DNA from: a bacterium
GTDB taxonomy: Bacteria > Myxococcota_A > Bradymonadia > REDH01
NCBI GenBank assembly: GCA_030427825.1
Contig: JAUICO010000006.1
Location: 16-64,015 of the forward strand
Length of the DNA stretch: 64,000 nt
Reading direction: 5' to 3'
The notes beneath the pieces are model-generated. The model did not search any database. It was not told the DNA's origin and saw only the letters and a list, made by a program, of their open reading frames with translations. Both the position numbers and the translations under genes were made by a program. Shown one piece after another: positions 10,172 to 19,059 of the stretch (position 1 is its first letter; every line of letters starts with the position of its first letter).

Positions 10172-10214
10172 AACGGCGCACTCAACCCCGACTGCTGCTA
10201 CCAACCCCCCATCA

Positions 10215-10349
10215 GGAAAGCGCAGCTTTCCGCAGGGATTCCAAAGGGTGAAAACCCTTTGGCAGAGCGCGAGAAGCAATCGAGTCCGGTTGCCGGTGGC
10301 AACCGAGCGAGAGCGCTAGTGCTGATCGCGTAGCGAGCAGTCTCGCACC
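10215..10349 (+). repeat. Copy B (long form, ~135 nt) of the structured element.
   Basis: GGAAAGCgcaGCTTTCC / ccaaagggtGAAAaccctttgg / GCGAGA + ~70-nt insert (ccggttgccGGTGgcaaccg and cgcta...tagcg hairpins) + cagTCTCGCacc. ~85% identical to the reverse complement of 13113-13247. Confidence 0.8.
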
Positions 10350-10354
10350 ACGCA

Positions 10355-12037
10355 CTACTCGTCGCTGATCGTCAGCTCGGCGCCCATCAGCACCGGCTTC
10401 ATCACCTTGCCTGAGGCATTGCGCGGAAGTGGTTCTCGTCGAATCTCCCAGTGTGCCGGAATCTTGAAATACGCGAGCTTTGATTCCAGCGCCTGTTTGA
10501 TCTCATCGATATCCGGTGTGGCGCCGGGTAGGGGAACCAGGATGGCCTTGCACTCCTGCCCCAGCTCCTCGTGCGGGACGCCTACGACGGCCACCTCGTC
10601 GATTCCCGGCAGCAGCGCGAGCTGCGCCTCGATCTCTGCAGGGTAGATGTTCTCGCCTCCCCGAATGATCAGATCAGTGCGCCGGGACGCGATGTGCAGT
10701 CGCCCGTCGCGCAGGAAGCCGATGTCGCCGGTGCGCAACCACCGGTCACCGGTGATTCGCTCCGCGGTCGCCTCCGGATTGCGCCAGTAGCCCTGCATGA
10801 CAAGAGGAGAGCGAATCCAGATTTCGCCGATCTCACCGTCTGGCAGGCCGACCCCGTGGTCGTCGCGTATGCTCACCTCCACTGTCGGTAGCGGGCGCCC
10901 CACAGACGTGGGAAACTGTGCGAGCTCGTCGCCGAAAGTGATGGTTGCCAGCGCGCAGGCTTCCGTCAGCCCGTATCCCACGGCAGCGGTGGTTCTCACG
11001 CTCGGCATGCGCGTTTTGAGTTCCGTCATCAGCGCCTCAGAGACCGGTGAGCCGCCGAGCCCGACAAAGCGCATGCTGCTGAGGTCGTATTGGTCGAAGT
11101 CCGGATGAGCGAGGACGCGATGCACCATCGTGGCGGTCGGCCCCCAGCCCGAGACCCGCTCGCGCTGAATGATCTCGAGGATTTCGCCGGCATCGAAGCG
11201 TCCGACGGTCCACACCGTTTTGGCGCCTACGACCATGCGGGTGATAATTCCGGCGTAGAGCCCGGACACATGAAAGAGCGGCGTACTCACCAGGGCGCAG
11301 TTTTCTTCTGTCTGAACCACATCAACACCGCGCAGCTGGTCGAGCATGCTCGCACGTGCGCCGTGAAATATCTGAATCCCGGTCAGAGCAATGATGTTGC
11401 GGTGTGTGGCTACAATGCCCTTCGGTCGCCCGGTCGTGCCGCTGCTGTAGAGAATCGCCGCCGGGTCGTCTTCGTCGATGTGTGTTTGGCAGAGCGCCGC
11501 GTCCATGTGTGGACGGGTCAGGGCGTCAAAGCCCTCTTCAATCACGACCGTCGGACACATCTCTCTCGCTTCGGGAGCCCGCGCCAGTCGCTTGCGATCT
11601 ACGAAGAGGACCTTTGGTACACAGTCTTTCAGAGCAAACAGGATCTCGTCACGCACCCACCAGCCGTTCAGCCCGACAGGGAGAGCGCCGAGGCTGATAG
11701 CGGCCCAGAAAGCGATGACCCACTCCGGCTTGTTTGAGGCCAGAATCGCAACTCGGTCACCCTTTTGAACGCCAAAGCGCTCACGCAATGCGGCCGCGGT
11801 GGCGCACACCAACCGATAATGTTCTGCGTAGGTGATTCTGCGATCGCCGAAGATGACGTATTCGCGTTCACCGAAGCCTGCGCTTGCGGCGAGTACGTCT
11901 CGCAGCGAGCGGTGGCGGCTTCGAAACACAGACATCGGGACACCGGCGACATCTTCGATGTGTGTTTCGAAGTGGCTTCCGGGTGCCAGCAACGCGGCCT
12001 CAATCCCGGCAAGGTCCGCCGCAACGTCAGGTGACAT
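10355..12037 (-). CDS. AMP-dependent synthetase/ligase (acyl-CoA synthetase family).
   Basis: YSSGTTGRPKG AMP-binding signature. ~560-aa two-domain adenylate-forming enzyme layout. Its start overlaps the upstream AKR stop by 11 nt. Confidence 0.85.
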   Translation of the reverse strand: MSPDVAADLAGIEAALLAPGSHFETHIEDVAGVPMSVFRSRHRSLRDVLAASAGFGEREYVIFGDRRITYAEHYRLVCATAAALRERFGVQKGDRVAILASNKPEWVIAFWAAISLGALPVGLNGWWVRDEILFALKDCVPKVLFVDRKRLARAPEAREMCPTVVIEEGFDALTRPHMDAALCQTHIDEDDPAAILYSSGTTGRPKGIVATHRNIIALTGIQIFHGARASMLDQLRGVDVVQTEENCALVSTPLFHVSGLYAGIITRMVVGAKTVWTVGRFDAGEILEIIQRERVSGWGPTATMVHRVLAHPDFDQYDLSSMRFVGLGGSPVSEALMTELKTRMPSVRTTAAVGYGLTEACALATITFGDELAQFPTSVGRPLPTVEVSIRDDHGVGLPDGEIGEIWIRSPLVMQGYWRNPEATAERITGDRWLRTGDIGFLRDGRLHIASRRTDLIIRGGENIYPAEIEAQLALLPGIDEVAVVGVPHEELGQECKAILVPLPGATPDIDEIKQALESKLAYFKIPAHWEIRREPLPRNASGKVMKPVLMGAELTISDE

Positions 12038-13019
12038 CGTTGCCGATCAGCATCACCTCTTCGGTGCGGTCCGTGGCAGGTGGCGGTGTCGGCCACATGT
12101 CTGAGATCTCCTGATACAGGTCGTCGCTGATTCGATAGTCCGCGCCGTCGAGAAGCGGGCGCATCTGCTCAACGGTGCGGGCACCGATGATGGGGGCTGT
12201 CACCGCCGGGTGGGTGCGCGCCCACGCCACGGCCAATGTCGCGGGGTGCACGCCGGCCTTGTTTGCGATCCCGACAAACTGTTCAGCGGCGGCGTAATAG
12301 TGCGGGTCCGAATACCGCGCCCTGTACATTTTGTTTGACACCAGGCGCCCCGAAGGCGGTCGCAGGTCTTTGCCGTACTTGCCGGTAAGCAATCCACCGG
12401 CGAGGGGGCCGTAGGCAAGTACGCCGAGTCCCTCGGACTGCGCCATCGGCAGAATCTCTACTTCGGCCTGGCGCTTCACCGCGCTGTACATAGGCTGAGT
12501 GCAAACCGGCCGGGCCCAGCCGTACTTCTCACACATGTCGACGGCCTTCTGCGTCTGCCAGGCCGAAAAGTTGCTGACCGCCGGGTAGAGGATCTTTCCC
12601 TGCCGAACGAGGTCGTCCACCGCCCGCATCGTCTCGTCGAGAGCGGTCATGCTGTCGTAGCGGTGCAGGAAGAAGACATCGATGTAGTCGGTCCCAAGAC
12701 GCCTGAGGCTGGCTTCAACAGCCCGCACCAGATGGTAGCGCGACAGCCCCCAGTCATTCGGTCCCTTTCCGGTGGGAAAGTACGCCTTGGTGGTCAGCAC
12801 GATGTCATCCCGCGACCGCCCGATCAGCTTGCCAAGCAGCAGTTCACTGCGCCCCTTCCCGTAGATATCGGCGCAGTCGAAGGTGTTGATCCCGGCGTCC
12901 ATCGCCGCCCGAAACAGAGCGGCCGAAGCCTGGTCGTCTGCGTCGCCGCCGAAGGCCATCGTACCGAATACCAGCGCCGATACTTTGACGCCCGTGCGCC
13001 CCAGCAGCTTGTACTGCAT
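12027..13019 (-). CDS. Aldo/keto reductase. The true start is the ATG at 13019; the listed ORF has a 186-aa spurious extension.
   Basis: MQYKLLGRTGVKVSALVFGTMAFGG...DTFDCADIYG...LHRYD is the AKR signature. First gene of an operon with the acyl-CoA synthetase. Confidence 0.85.
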   Translation of the reverse strand: MQYKLLGRTGVKVSALVFGTMAFGGDADDQASAALFRAAMDAGINTFDCADIYGKGRSELLLGKLIGRSRDDIVLTTKAYFPTGKGPNDWGLSRYHLVRAVEASLRRLGTDYIDVFFLHRYDSMTALDETMRAVDDLVRQGKILYPAVSNFSAWQTQKAVDMCEKYGWARPVCTQPMYSAVKRQAEVEILPMAQSEGLGVLAYGPLAGGLLTGKYGKDLRPPSGRLVSNKMYRARYSDPHYYAAAEQFVGIANKAGVHPATLAVAWARTHPAVTAPIIGARTVEQMRPLLDGADYRISDDLYQEISDMWPTPPPATDRTEEVMLIGNDVT

Positions 13020-13112
13020 CGTCAGTTCCCCAGGTTCGAAATTGGTGTGCGCAACAGCTACACGATCCGAAGTCGCCGGGGAATGCCGCCGCGCGATCGG
13101 GTGCTTACGCGA

Positions 13113-13247
13113 AGTTGCGAGACTGCTCGCTGCGCGATCAGGACTACCGCTTTCGCGCGGTTGCCACCGGCAACCGGGCTCAATTGCTTCTCGCGCTCTG
13201 CAAAGGGGCTTTCGCCCCTTTGAACCCCGGCGGAAAGCTTCGCTTTC
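13113..13247 (-). repeat. Copy C (long form, minus orientation) of the structured element.
   Basis: The reverse complement reads GGAAAGCgaaGCTTTCC / caaaggggcGAAAgcccctttg / GCGAGAagcaattgagcccggttgccggtggcaaccg...cagTCTCGCaa. It is in the sense orientation for the AKR operon and ends ~96 nt before the AKR ATG. Confidence 0.8.
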
Positions 13248-13374
13248 CTGAAGAGCGTCTTGAGCTGCGGACACTCCTGAGAATAGCAGTGGCCGAGCTT
13301 CGAGAATGTGACGTCGAGCACTATAGCGGCAATCATCTTGCGCGAGTGCGAATCGAACTACTGAGGAGACCCTG

Positions 13375-13722
13375 ATGGCGTGGCAGATTGTTCGAGTGGT
13401 CGTGAGTGTGGCGGTGATCATTGCGGTGAGCGAGGTGGCTTCCCGCAGCTCGACCCTGGGTGCGGTGCTGGCGTCGATCCCCCTGGTCAGCGTCCTGGGC
13501 ATGATGTGGCTGTACCTGGACACCGGCGAGACGGAAACGGTGGCGGCTCTGAGCCGTGACATCGTCTGGCTGGTCATCCCCTCACTTGTCCTCTTTGTTC
13601 TGCTGCCGATCCTGCTTGAGCGCGATTGGGGCTTCTGGACCGCTCTGGCGACGTCGATCGCGGCAACGGTGGGATGCTACCTGCTCACCATCGCCGCGAT
13701 GAGCCGACTTCGAGGTGGGTGA
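13375..13722 (+). CDS. Small hydrophobic membrane protein (3-4 TM helices) of unknown function.
   Basis: 115 aa, essentially all hydrophobic helices. No motif. Confidence 0.45.
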   Translation: MAWQIVRVVVSVAVIIAVSEVASRSSTLGAVLASIPLVSVLGMMWLYLDTGETETVAALSRDIVWLVIPSLVLFVLLPILLERDWGFWTALATSIAATVGCYLLTIAAMSRLRGG

Positions 13723-13763
13723 TTCCAGGCGCCCACAATCATCCGACCCGAAAAACCACCAAC

Positions 13764-13838
13764 GGAAAGCGTAGCTTTCCGTGGGGTGCAGGGGCATGCG
13801 CCCCTGCCGGGAGCGCGAGGGCAGCGCCCTCGCACCCC
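13764..13838 (+). repeat. Copy D (short form) of the structured element.
   Basis: GGAAAGCgtaGCTTTCC / gcaggggcatgcgcccctgc / GCGAGGGCagcGCCCTCGCacc. The stems of hairpins 2 and 3 differ from copy A but remain self-complementary. Confidence 0.75.
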
Positions 13839-13971
13839 CACGCCGCTACTCAGAGCGCCACTCAGATTTGACCCGGTGGGCGTGTCGATCTAGCTGCCAT
13901 GTACACTCGCACGATCGGGACCGGCGCTGCCAGGCGCGGGGGACACGTGTGGCCAGACCCCGGGTTTTGGA

Positions 13972-16527
13972 ATGACAGTCGCCAGACTACTGCTCGCTAC
14001 GTCAGCGGCAATGCTCTTCGCATTGATGGGAGCTGCGCATGCGGCGTGCCCGGATCAGAACCTCGGTTCTCAGCTGGGAACGGTGGCGACGGGTTCTACA
14101 TGTGATGCGTTGAATGACGACGCCGGCAGCTGCGGGACGGTGAATGGGACGGATGAAGATGTCGCATTCGTTTGGACGGCGCCCGAGGCCGGCACCTACA
14201 CTTTTGCGACCCTCGGCTCGAGCTACGACACGGTAATCTACGTGCGCGACGGCGAGTGTGGCAGCACGGAGCTGGCCTGCGACGACGACACGGCGGACGG
14301 GACCCTGTCGCTCATCAGCGATCTGCCACTCGCGGCGGGTCAGACCGTCACGATTCATCTGGACGGCTACAGCGGGTGCGGAAACTACTCACTGACGATT
14401 GAGAATACGACGACGCCACCCTGCGCCGATGAGAACATCGGCTCGGCTCTTGGCGCGGTCTCCTCCGGGACCACCTGTGGGCTGGGAGACGTCATTGAGG
14501 GAAGCTGTGACAGCGGAAGCGGTGGCGAGGAGCGGATCATCGCGTGGACCGCGCCGCAGTCCGGCGACTACACTTTCAGCCTCGCCGGCTCCTCGTACGA
14601 TACGATTCTGTCGCTTCGCAACGGCGCATGTGACGGCGTGGAGCTCGGTTGCGATGATGACGGCATCGACATCGGTGGTGCATCGCGGCTCAGCGATGTG
14701 GCTCTGAGCGCGGGCCAGGAGATCTTCATCGTTGTCGATGGGTACACCGGCTGTGGCAGTTACTCGCTGAACATCTCCGGGAACTTCCCGGCCCCGTGTC
14801 CGGGCACCGACCTTGGCAGCGCGGTGGGCAACGGAGTGGCGGGCGGCACTACCGGCGGGACCTCGGGCATGACCTCGGGCTCCTTTGGAGACTGTTCCGG
14901 ATCGACCGGACCGGAGGCATCCTATCTTTGGACTGCACCGGCTACAGGCACCTACAGCTTCAGCACAGACAACGGCTCGACCAACTTCGATACAGTGCTC
15001 TATCTTCGCGCGGTCGGATGTTCGGGCGCGGTAATCGCGTGCAGCGACGATGAAGACCCGGGCGGCTTCTTTGGCGGCGGTAACTCGCGGTCGTCGATCT
15101 CGGGAATCAATCTCAGCGGCGGACAGCAGGTGGTGATTGTCGTCGACGGATACGACAGCACTGAGAGCGGTTCATTCGCCCTCGACATTGGCGGCGGCTG
15201 GTGCGGCGACGGCACCATTCAGGCAGGGGAAGAGTGCGACGGCGCCGGTACCGTGAACATCTCCGGTCAGTCCGACTGCGCGACGCTGGTGCCGGGTTCA
15301 TCAGGTGTTGTTGTTTGCGGCGAGACCGGAATCAGCGGTTGCCGGAGAGACACCAGCGGGTGCTCGGTGACCTGCACACCGAGCACAGAAGTGTGCGACG
15401 GGCTGGACAACGACTGCAATGACACCGTCGATGATGGCGGCTCGGCGTTGTGCAGCGACCCGCCAAACGCAAGCGGTGTGTGCAACGGATCTGCCGGCTG
15501 TGGGCTGATCTGCAACTCGGGCTTCTTTGACGGCAACGGCGACGTATCCGACGGATGCGAGAGTTCGTCGTGCCAACCGACGAACGGCGGCGTCGAAGTG
15601 TGTGATGGTTTGGACAATGATTGTGATGGTACCAATGACAATGGGGGCAACGCGCTGTGTGTAGACCCGGCAAACGCGACCGCAGTGTGCAACGGAGCAG
15701 CTGGGTGTGCGTTGGTTTGTGACAATGGGTTTGTCGACGCGAACGCTGATGCATCGGACGGCTGCGAAGTCGCGGTGCTCACGGACAGTGACGGGGATCA
15801 GGTACCCGATGCAAGTGACAACTGCCCCTTTACTGCGAACGTCGACCAAACGGACACAGATGGGGACGGCGTCGGTGACGCCTGTGACACCGTGGGCCCG
15901 GTAGACAGCGACGGTGACGGCATCAGCGACGAGAACGACAACTGCCCGCTGAACAGCAACCCGGGTCAGGAAGACAGCGACGGCGACGGCGCCGGCGACA
16001 TCTGCGACACGGGGGACCCGCCGGACGGCGACGGCGACGGCATCGCTGACGCAAACGACAACTGCCCCCTCGTCGCGAACGCGGATCAGGCAGACGACGA
16101 CAACGATGGCGTCGGAAATGTATGCGACACGACGGGCCCTGCGGCGGACACGGACGGCGACGGCGTCGTCGATTCCGAGGACAACTGCGTTGCTGCTTTT
16201 AATCCCGGGCAGGAAGACAGCGACTTCGATGGTATTGGCGATGTCTGCGATACAGGCACCCCCGGGGGCGATGCGGACGGCGACGGCGTGCCCGACGCTA
16301 CCGACAATTGTGTTCAGGTTCCCAATACCAGACAGACAGACACGGATCGCGACGGTATCGGCGACGCCTGTGACACGAACAACAACGCAGGTGGTGGCGG
16401 ATCGCGGCCGTCGGGAACGCGGGTGCGCGGCGGCTCCCTGTTTGGTTGTGCGTCATCGCAGGCGCCGGCCTCGGGCGTCGCGCTCCTGCTGATCGGTCTG
16501 CTCTGTGTGGTCAGACGTTTGAGGTGA
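13972..16527 (+). CDS. Large secreted multi-repeat protein with a MYXO-CTERM-like sorting tail.
   Basis: Signal peptide (MTVARLLLATSAAMLFALMGAAHA). Four ~125-aa N-terminal repeats (CPDQNLGS...GSSYDT...CDDD...GYSGCGNYSL). CGDG...EECD and CDGLDNDC(N/D)D cysteine repeats (Myxococcus-type / MopE-like). About ten thrombospondin-type-3-like Ca-binding repeats (DSDGDGI(A/S)DENDNCP). C-terminal GCASSQAPASGVALLLIGLLCVVRRLR. Confidence 0.75.
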   Translation: MTVARLLLATSAAMLFALMGAAHAACPDQNLGSQLGTVATGSTCDALNDDAGSCGTVNGTDEDVAFVWTAPEAGTYTFATLGSSYDTVIYVRDGECGSTELACDDDTADGTLSLISDLPLAAGQTVTIHLDGYSGCGNYSLTIENTTTPPCADENIGSALGAVSSGTTCGLGDVIEGSCDSGSGGEERIIAWTAPQSGDYTFSLAGSSYDTILSLRNGACDGVELGCDDDGIDIGGASRLSDVALSAGQEIFIVVDGYTGCGSYSLNISGNFPAPCPGTDLGSAVGNGVAGGTTGGTSGMTSGSFGDCSGSTGPEASYLWTAPATGTYSFSTDNGSTNFDTVLYLRAVGCSGAVIACSDDEDPGGFFGGGNSRSSISGINLSGGQQVVIVVDGYDSTESGSFALDIGGGWCGDGTIQAGEECDGAGTVNISGQSDCATLVPGSSGVVVCGETGISGCRRDTSGCSVTCTPSTEVCDGLDNDCNDTVDDGGSALCSDPPNASGVCNGSAGCGLICNSGFFDGNGDVSDGCESSSCQPTNGGVEVCDGLDNDCDGTNDNGGNALCVDPANATAVCNGAAGCALVCDNGFVDANADASDGCEVAVLTDSDGDQVPDASDNCPFTANVDQTDTDGDGVGDACDTVGPVDSDGDGISDENDNCPLNSNPGQEDSDGDGAGDICDTGDPPDGDGDGIADANDNCPLVANADQADDDNDGVGNVCDTTGPAADTDGDGVVDSEDNCVAAFNPGQEDSDFDGIGDVCDTGTPGGDADGDGVPDATDNCVQVPNTRQTDTDRDGIGDACDTNNNAGGGGSRPSGTRVRGGSLFGCASSQAPASGVALLLIGLLCVVRRLR

Positions 16528-17902
16528 GCGCCGCCGCTTTTGAGACGCCGACTCTGTAGTGCCAACGCCCGCCGAGGTAGCGCACGATGCACCCGGCGGC
16601 GATGCATGCGATGTGTGCAGTCAGCGCGTACCATGCACCCCTGGCGCCGAGTCCCTGCTTGATTCCGAGGAACCAGGCCAGGGGGACAAGAACTAGCCAG
16701 GCAGAGATGACCGTCAGCCACATTGTGAAGCGCGTATCGCCGGTGCCGTTGAGGGCTCCGGTTGTGATCATGGCGACCGCGTCGAGGACCTGGAAAAAGG
16801 CGGCGATATAAAGCAGCTGCGAACCGATGCGCAGCACGTCCGCGTCGTTGCGAAAGATCATGATCAGCGCCTCTGGAAACGCAAAGAAGATGAGCGCAAG
16901 AAAGCCCATGATACCGACGCCCAACGTCAATGCGGATCGGTAGGAGCGGTGCACCAGATCCAGTCTGCCCGCACCGGCGTAGCGTCCGGTGAGGACACCC
17001 GCAGCGTCGCCGAGCCCATGTCCGGGCAGGAAGCTCACGCTGATGATCTTGATGGCGATCGTGTTGGCTGCGAGCTCGGCGTCGCCGAGCCGTGCCATCA
17101 GGACGACGATCAGCGACCAGGCGGCGATCTCCAGGGTCCACTGCACGCCCATCGGAAGGCCGATGTGCAGCAGCGCACGCGCCTCGCTGACGCGGATCGA
17201 GATTGCACGACCGTGATCGCGAACAAAGAGCGTCAGGACGGTCGCCGCGCCGACCACTGTTGCGATCACAGTCGCGATGGCCGCTCCCTGGTGTGCGAGC
17301 TCAGGAAAGGGTCCGATGCCGAAGATGAGCAACACGTCGAGGCCGATGTTGATGCCGTTGACCAGCAGGGTGATCCACATCGCGGTACGTGTGTCGCCGG
17401 TGCCCTTGTAGAAGTTGATGCCCGCGAGCATTGCGTACCAGAAGAGGGCGCCGGCCACGCGTATGTCAAAGTACTCACGCGCGATCGACTGCACGTTGTC
17501 ACTGCCGCCGACGGTCACGAAGAGCCGGGGTGAAATCAAACAGAATAGGGTCACACCGAGGCCACCCGCGATCGCGATCGCGAACGAGGTCCAGCCAATC
17601 TCGCGAATCTCGTGCTCGCGCTGTGCGCCGATTCGTTGCGATGTCAGGATTTTGGTCGACATCAACAGGCCCATGAAGAAGGCGTTGATGACCATGGTGA
17701 AGCTTGTAGCGAGGCCCACAGCCCCCACGTGGGCTTTCCCCAGCTTTGCGACGAGCAGGGTGTCCGCGACTCCCATCACGGTGAACGAGAGCATGGACAC
17801 GATGATCGGGCCGGCGAGTACGGCGACTTCACGAACGCTGCCGGCCTCGTATCGGCTGTCAACGGCGGGATTGGTCGAGTTGTTTGGATGTGCAGCGGAC
17901 AT
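16511..17902 (-). CDS. MATE-family multidrug/Na+ efflux transporter. Start reset to the ATG at 17902.
   Basis: 12-TM layout with two halves. NorM-like N-terminus (SVREVAVLAGPIIVSMLSFTVMGVADTLLVAKLG). Confidence 0.8.
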   Translation of the reverse strand: MSAAHPNNSTNPAVDSRYEAGSVREVAVLAGPIIVSMLSFTVMGVADTLLVAKLGKAHVGAVGLATSFTMVINAFFMGLLMSTKILTSQRIGAQREHEIREIGWTSFAIAIAGGLGVTLFCLISPRLFVTVGGSDNVQSIAREYFDIRVAGALFWYAMLAGINFYKGTGDTRTAMWITLLVNGINIGLDVLLIFGIGPFPELAHQGAAIATVIATVVGAATVLTLFVRDHGRAISIRVSEARALLHIGLPMGVQWTLEIAAWSLIVVLMARLGDAELAANTIAIKIISVSFLPGHGLGDAAGVLTGRYAGAGRLDLVHRSYRSALTLGVGIMGFLALIFFAFPEALIMIFRNDADVLRIGSQLLYIAAFFQVLDAVAMITTGALNGTGDTRFTMWLTVISAWLVLVPLAWFLGIKQGLGARGAWYALTAHIACIAAGCIVRYLGGRWHYRVGVSKAAALTSNV

Positions 17903-18210
17903 TTCGAAACTCAGGCTCAGACAGAGTCGGCTTTGGGCCGGTAGCGTTGCCGTGGTTTGAATGGCGCAAGCTGAAACCACGGCCCGGGGTGGGCGGCGGC
18001 ATCAACAAACAATCAGGTGTTAGAAAGCCGCACAGAGAAGACGCGAGTCCGGTCGTCGATGGGCATCGGCGCCGTGTTCGCTTCGACCGCCCTCGTGAGG
18101 GCAGGCCGACTGATGAGTACGGGATTCTTCATAACGAGGGTGACTCTGAACCCGCGCGCAGATGGGGTCAAGCAAAATGTCTGCGCGTGTCAGGTCTGGT
18201 TCACTGGGGA

Positions 18211-19059
18211 ATGGGGGTATATAGGGGCGCGTTGAAAGGCATATCGCGCATTCGAGGGCACGCGCAGTTGAGGGATTCGAAGGACAGAGAGCGGAGGAAA
18301 TCGGCGGCTCTGGTGCTTGGTATCAGCGGCATCGCCGCCGGCGCCTGCATCGGTCCCACGGTGTCGCCGGACAATCTGGTTCAGCCGCGTCGCCGCCAGG
18401 TTGTGGTTTCCCGCACAGCGGTTGATCCCTTCCTGCTCGAGTCGGTGGGGTTTTCAGCTCCGGACCGCGTGAGGCTGCGTTTTTCGGCGCCGCTGTTACC
18501 GGCGATCGTGCCGGATCCCTCGCAGTTTCGCCTGAGTTTCGCGTGGGCAGACGGCGATCCCGGCAATCCGGAGACCTACGCGACCTACTACGCCGAGATC
18601 CCCTATGAAGAGCTGGGGTGGATCGCGGATCGTGTCGAGCCTGACCAGACCTATGAGGTTCCGGTAGGGGTGCCTGATGTCGTGGGTGTGCGGATCCCTG
18701 AGGGGCGTTCCGACGAGATGGAGCTGCAGCTGTCGCGACCGGTGTATGCAGACTTCTTTGACGCCTATTGCCGCGACCCCGAGGTCGGGAGCTGTGCCGA
18801 GACCGGGATTGGCGGGCAGTGTGGTGCCGGCGTTTACCTTCACTACGATCTGCAGTTCGCGACGCCGGTTGCGTCAGCAGAGGGTCAGGTGCTCGCACCC
18901 ATCGGTGCTGCCTGGGTAGTCGCGCGGCCCTGGGAGAGCACCAGCGCCGGCAACTTCGTGGCCTACACCGAAGACGATATTCAGATAGCCCGGGTCCCCG
19001 GGTACTTTCCCCTGCGCCCGGGCCCGGTCCCTCTGCGCTGTGATAGCGGAGACGAATGA
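18211..19059 (+). CDS. Putative lipoprotein of unknown function. Start uncertain; an upstream TTG is possible.
   Basis: Lipobox-like LGISGIAAGAC after a basic n-region. The part of ORF 17884.. upstream of 18211 is antisense to the MATE gene. Its stop overlaps the next gene as ATGA. Confidence 0.4.
   Translation: MGVYRGALKGISRIRGHAQLRDSKDRERRKSAALVLGISGIAAGACIGPTVSPDNLVQPRRRQVVVSRTAVDPFLLESVGFSAPDRVRLRFSAPLLPAIVPDPSQFRLSFAWADGDPGNPETYATYYAEIPYEELGWIADRVEPDQTYEVPVGVPDVVGVRIPEGRSDEMELQLSRPVYADFFDAYCRDPEVGSCAETGIGGQCGAGVYLHYDLQFATPVASAEGQVLAPIGAAWVVARPWESTSAGNFVAYTEDDIQIARVPGYFPLRPGPVPLRCDSGDE

Noticed and set aside
13021-13045. tRNA T-arm-like string ccaggttcgaaattgg
   Set aside because: There is no acceptor or anticodon stem compatible with a tRNA around it. 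It lies in the AKR leader. No tRNA or rRNA was found anywhere in the window.
7730-13375. ORFs 7730..8032(-), 9836..10279(-) and 13115..13375(+) sharing peptides such as LCERVFT.SNPGGKLCFP, LCQRVFTLWNPCGKLRFP and LCKGAFAPLNPGGKLRFPE
   Set aside because: The shared peptides are translations of the repeated structured element in different copies. They are not a paralogous protein family.
12027-13577. Listed 516-aa ORF for the aldo-keto reductase
   Set aside because: The N-terminal 186 aa are low-complexity and read through repeat copy C. The AKR homology begins at the ATG at 13019.
17884-18210. N-terminal 109 codons of ORF 17884..19059
   Set aside because: They overlap the MATE transporter start on the opposite strand and are basic low-complexity. 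The gene more plausibly starts at or after 18211.
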